From NCBI GenBank assembly GCA_964014485.1, contig CAXHAT010000028.1:1-51308 (forward strand): DNA of 51,308 nucleotides. Direction: 5' to 3'. The DNA is from an uncultured Deferribacteres bacterium. GTDB lineage: Bacteria > Zhuqueibacterota > Zhuqueibacteria > Zhuqueibacterales > Geothermadaptataceae. This document shows positions 49,679 to 51,308 of this stretch, in pieces; within the stretch, counting starts at the first letter, position 1; the number at the start of each line of letters is the position of its first letter. The notes below the pieces were generated by a model that saw nothing but the letters and a program-made list of their open reading frames with translations, was not told the DNA's origin and searched no databases. The translations under genes were made by a program, and so were the position numbers.

Positions 49679-49820
49679 GAGCGTATTTGGAAACCCCAAA
49701 AAATTGTCATACTGGAAGCATCTTTTTAAACTTTTTTGCAGAAATTGCTGGAACGATTATACTTGGCGACCTAAAAAGATTCCTACGGAATGACAAGACA
49801 GGGACTGTCCAAATACGCTC
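49679..49820 (+). mobile_element. MITE-like element (142 bp) enclosing palindromic repeat copy 3 (core 49705-49795)
   Basis: Terminal inverted repeats GAGCGTATTTGGA/TCCAAATACGCTC flanked on both sides by TTA. Confidence 0.75.
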
Positions 49821-49830
49821 TTAGGCACGG

Positions 49831-50760
49831 TCAGCGCACGCCGGTGACAAGAACATCGTACTTGCCGGTAATGGTGACCTTAAACTTGTGCTGTTGCAAG
49901 TATTTTTTGAAAAATGCGAGATCCTTGATCAAAAGCGACAGCTCCGGTTCACTGTAATTTTTGGATTTTGCGCCGTACATAATTTCACCACCAACATACG
50001 AGCAATTCGGCAAACCGAGGATAACGCCGCATCGAGGCTTCAGGTTTTCTTGAACCAATTCTCGCAAAAGCTTCTGCCGATTGACGCTCGGACTTTGCAG
50101 GGTGTTCAGGCAAATCACGAGATCGAATTTTGACAGCGCCAGTGATGGAAGCTCGTTGAGATCGCGGACAAAGAATTGAAATTGCTGTGCGCGAAAACGC
50201 CTCGCCGCTTCGTCAATGGCAGACGCTGAATGGTCGACTCCGGTAAATCGCAGCGATTGAAATAAATCAGCGCCATAGATTTTGGGAAAAATGGTCAATT
50301 CATCGCCGCGATTCACGCCGAGAGCAAGAACTTGAGCGCCTTCGCGGAGCTGAATTCGTTCCAACGCTTGCGAATAATTGAACAAACACGCCGGTTCTTC
50401 CAGCCTGTCAATGCGTGCAAATTCGGATTCTGCGCCATATTTTTCCTTGGCGGGCAGGCTTGTCAAGGCGCGATTGGAACACCCCAGTTTTTCGAAGGTG
50501 AACTCAACGAAAGGGGGCGAAACTTGCCGTAAGTCGGAGATACGGCAGTTCAATTGTTCGGCAAGATCATTCCATGCTTTGTAGGAGCGATAGCGGAACT
50601 CATTCGAATCGAGAGTGAGCGCTTCGCCGTCATATCGTCCGGCTATGGCGGATGGATTCAGCGCTTGAAACGAGAGCGTTTGGCCGCGCTGCAATTCGCC
50701 GATTTGCATTTTCAGCGCATCCAAAACTACGAAAAGAGTTTCGTCTGTAAATCGATTCAT
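49831..50760 (-). CDS. Class I SAM-dependent methyltransferase
   Basis: VLALGVNRGDE motif I, GVDHS, FDLVICLNTLQS. Confidence 0.75.
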   Translation of the reverse strand: MNRFTDETLFVVLDALKMQIGELQRGQTLSFQALNPSAIAGRYDGEALTLDSNEFRYRSYKAWNDLAEQLNCRISDLRQVSPPFVEFTFEKLGCSNRALTSLPAKEKYGAESEFARIDRLEEPACLFNYSQALERIQLREGAQVLALGVNRGDELTIFPKIYGADLFQSLRFTGVDHSASAIDEAARRFRAQQFQFFVRDLNELPSLALSKFDLVICLNTLQSPSVNRQKLLRELVQENLKPRCGVILGLPNCSYVGGEIMYGAKSKNYSEPELSLLIKDLAFFKKYLQQHKFKVTITGKYDVLVTGVR

Positions 50761-50792
50761 TTTTGGAAGTGAAGGTTGGCGAGTTTGCGGAC

Positions 50793-51263
50793 TTACTTTT
50801 CTTCCGTTGGAGCCATGAACAATTGATCTAGAAGAATGCCCGTTCCACCGATCAAGACGCTTCTGTCGTCAATAACGCCGTTTTTCAGCACGACCGCTTC
50901 GATGGGCGGATTGAGCATGCCCTGCTTCAGCACTTGACGCACATCATCTACCAGCGAAGGCAAATTGTAAAAAAGCGGCCCGCTGAGTATTAGAAGCTCG
51001 GGGTTGAATGAATAAATCAGATCAATGCAAACACTGCCCAGAAATTCGGTGACCAGTCCGCTGATATGAACGGCCAATGGGTCGTCTTGGCGAACGGCGC
51101 GTATGAATGCGTCGATGTTGTCCGTCGGCGCCAGCATCGAATCCCATCCATCAGCGAGCGCGCGCGCCGTAGTCCGGCGCAGGTTGGCGATTGAAAGTAT
51201 GTCGCCGATGCATTGTGCGTCGCCGTCGATCAACAAATTTTTATGCACGGGGGTGGTGAGAGA
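50793..51263 (-). CDS. ROK family protein, C-terminal fragment (truncated by adapter)
   Basis: LIYSFNPELLILSG...LIGG C-terminal ROK pattern. Confidence 0.6.
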   Translation of the reverse strand, partial: SLTTPVHKNLLIDGDAQCIGDILSIANLRRTTARALADGWDSMLAPTDNIDAFIRAVRQDDPLAVHISGLVTEFLGSVCIDLIYSFNPELLILSGPLFYNLPSLVDDVRQVLKQGMLNPPIEAVVLKNGVIDDRSVLIGGTGILLDQLFMAPTEEK

Positions 51264-51308
51264 CTGTCTCTTATACACATCTCCGAGCCCACGAGACTCC
51301 ATTGCATC
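51264..51308 (+). other. Illumina Nextera adapter read-through (artefact)
   Basis: CTGTCTCTTATACACATCT-CCGAGCCCACGAGAC, then 8 nt TCCATTGC, then ATC. Confidence 0.98.

Noticed and set aside
51264..51282. Tn5/IS50 mosaic end as a native transposon end
   Set aside because: Followed by the Nextera primer, index and P7 start, so it is a library artefact.
1..51308. CRISPR arrays, tRNA/rRNA, transposases, prophage or defence genes
   Set aside because: None recognised by eye.

Overview
51.3 kb bacterial contig end, probably FCB-group. A KSB1/Calditrichota-like origin is inferred from a SusC/SusD pair, a GWxTD protein and a FlgD/T9SS-like C-terminal tail. It carries about 35 housekeeping, envelope and signalling genes and ends in an untrimmed Nextera adapter. 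Main observations: (1) two apparently duplicated leader-peptide/terminator units in tandem (a Met-rich 29-aa and a Cys/Met-rich 38-aa uORF) upstream of an uncharacterised ATP-grasp ligase, a candidate serial sulfur-amino-acid attenuator; (2) a DUF3179 lipoprotein split by an in-frame TGA at the conserved Cys and followed by a SECIS-like hairpin (selenoprotein); (3) an operon of two Asp-to-Glu pseudo-receiver/DUF4388 proteins with two degenerate MglA-like GTPase domains; (4) an NtrC-type activator next to a sigma54 promoter and tandem enhancer-like sites driving a divergent sigma-like gene and a zinc anti-sigma-like gene; (5) three copies of a 91-bp palindromic repeat, one inside a MITE-like wrapper with a TTA duplication. 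All family assignments come from motif recognition by eye; no database searches were run.
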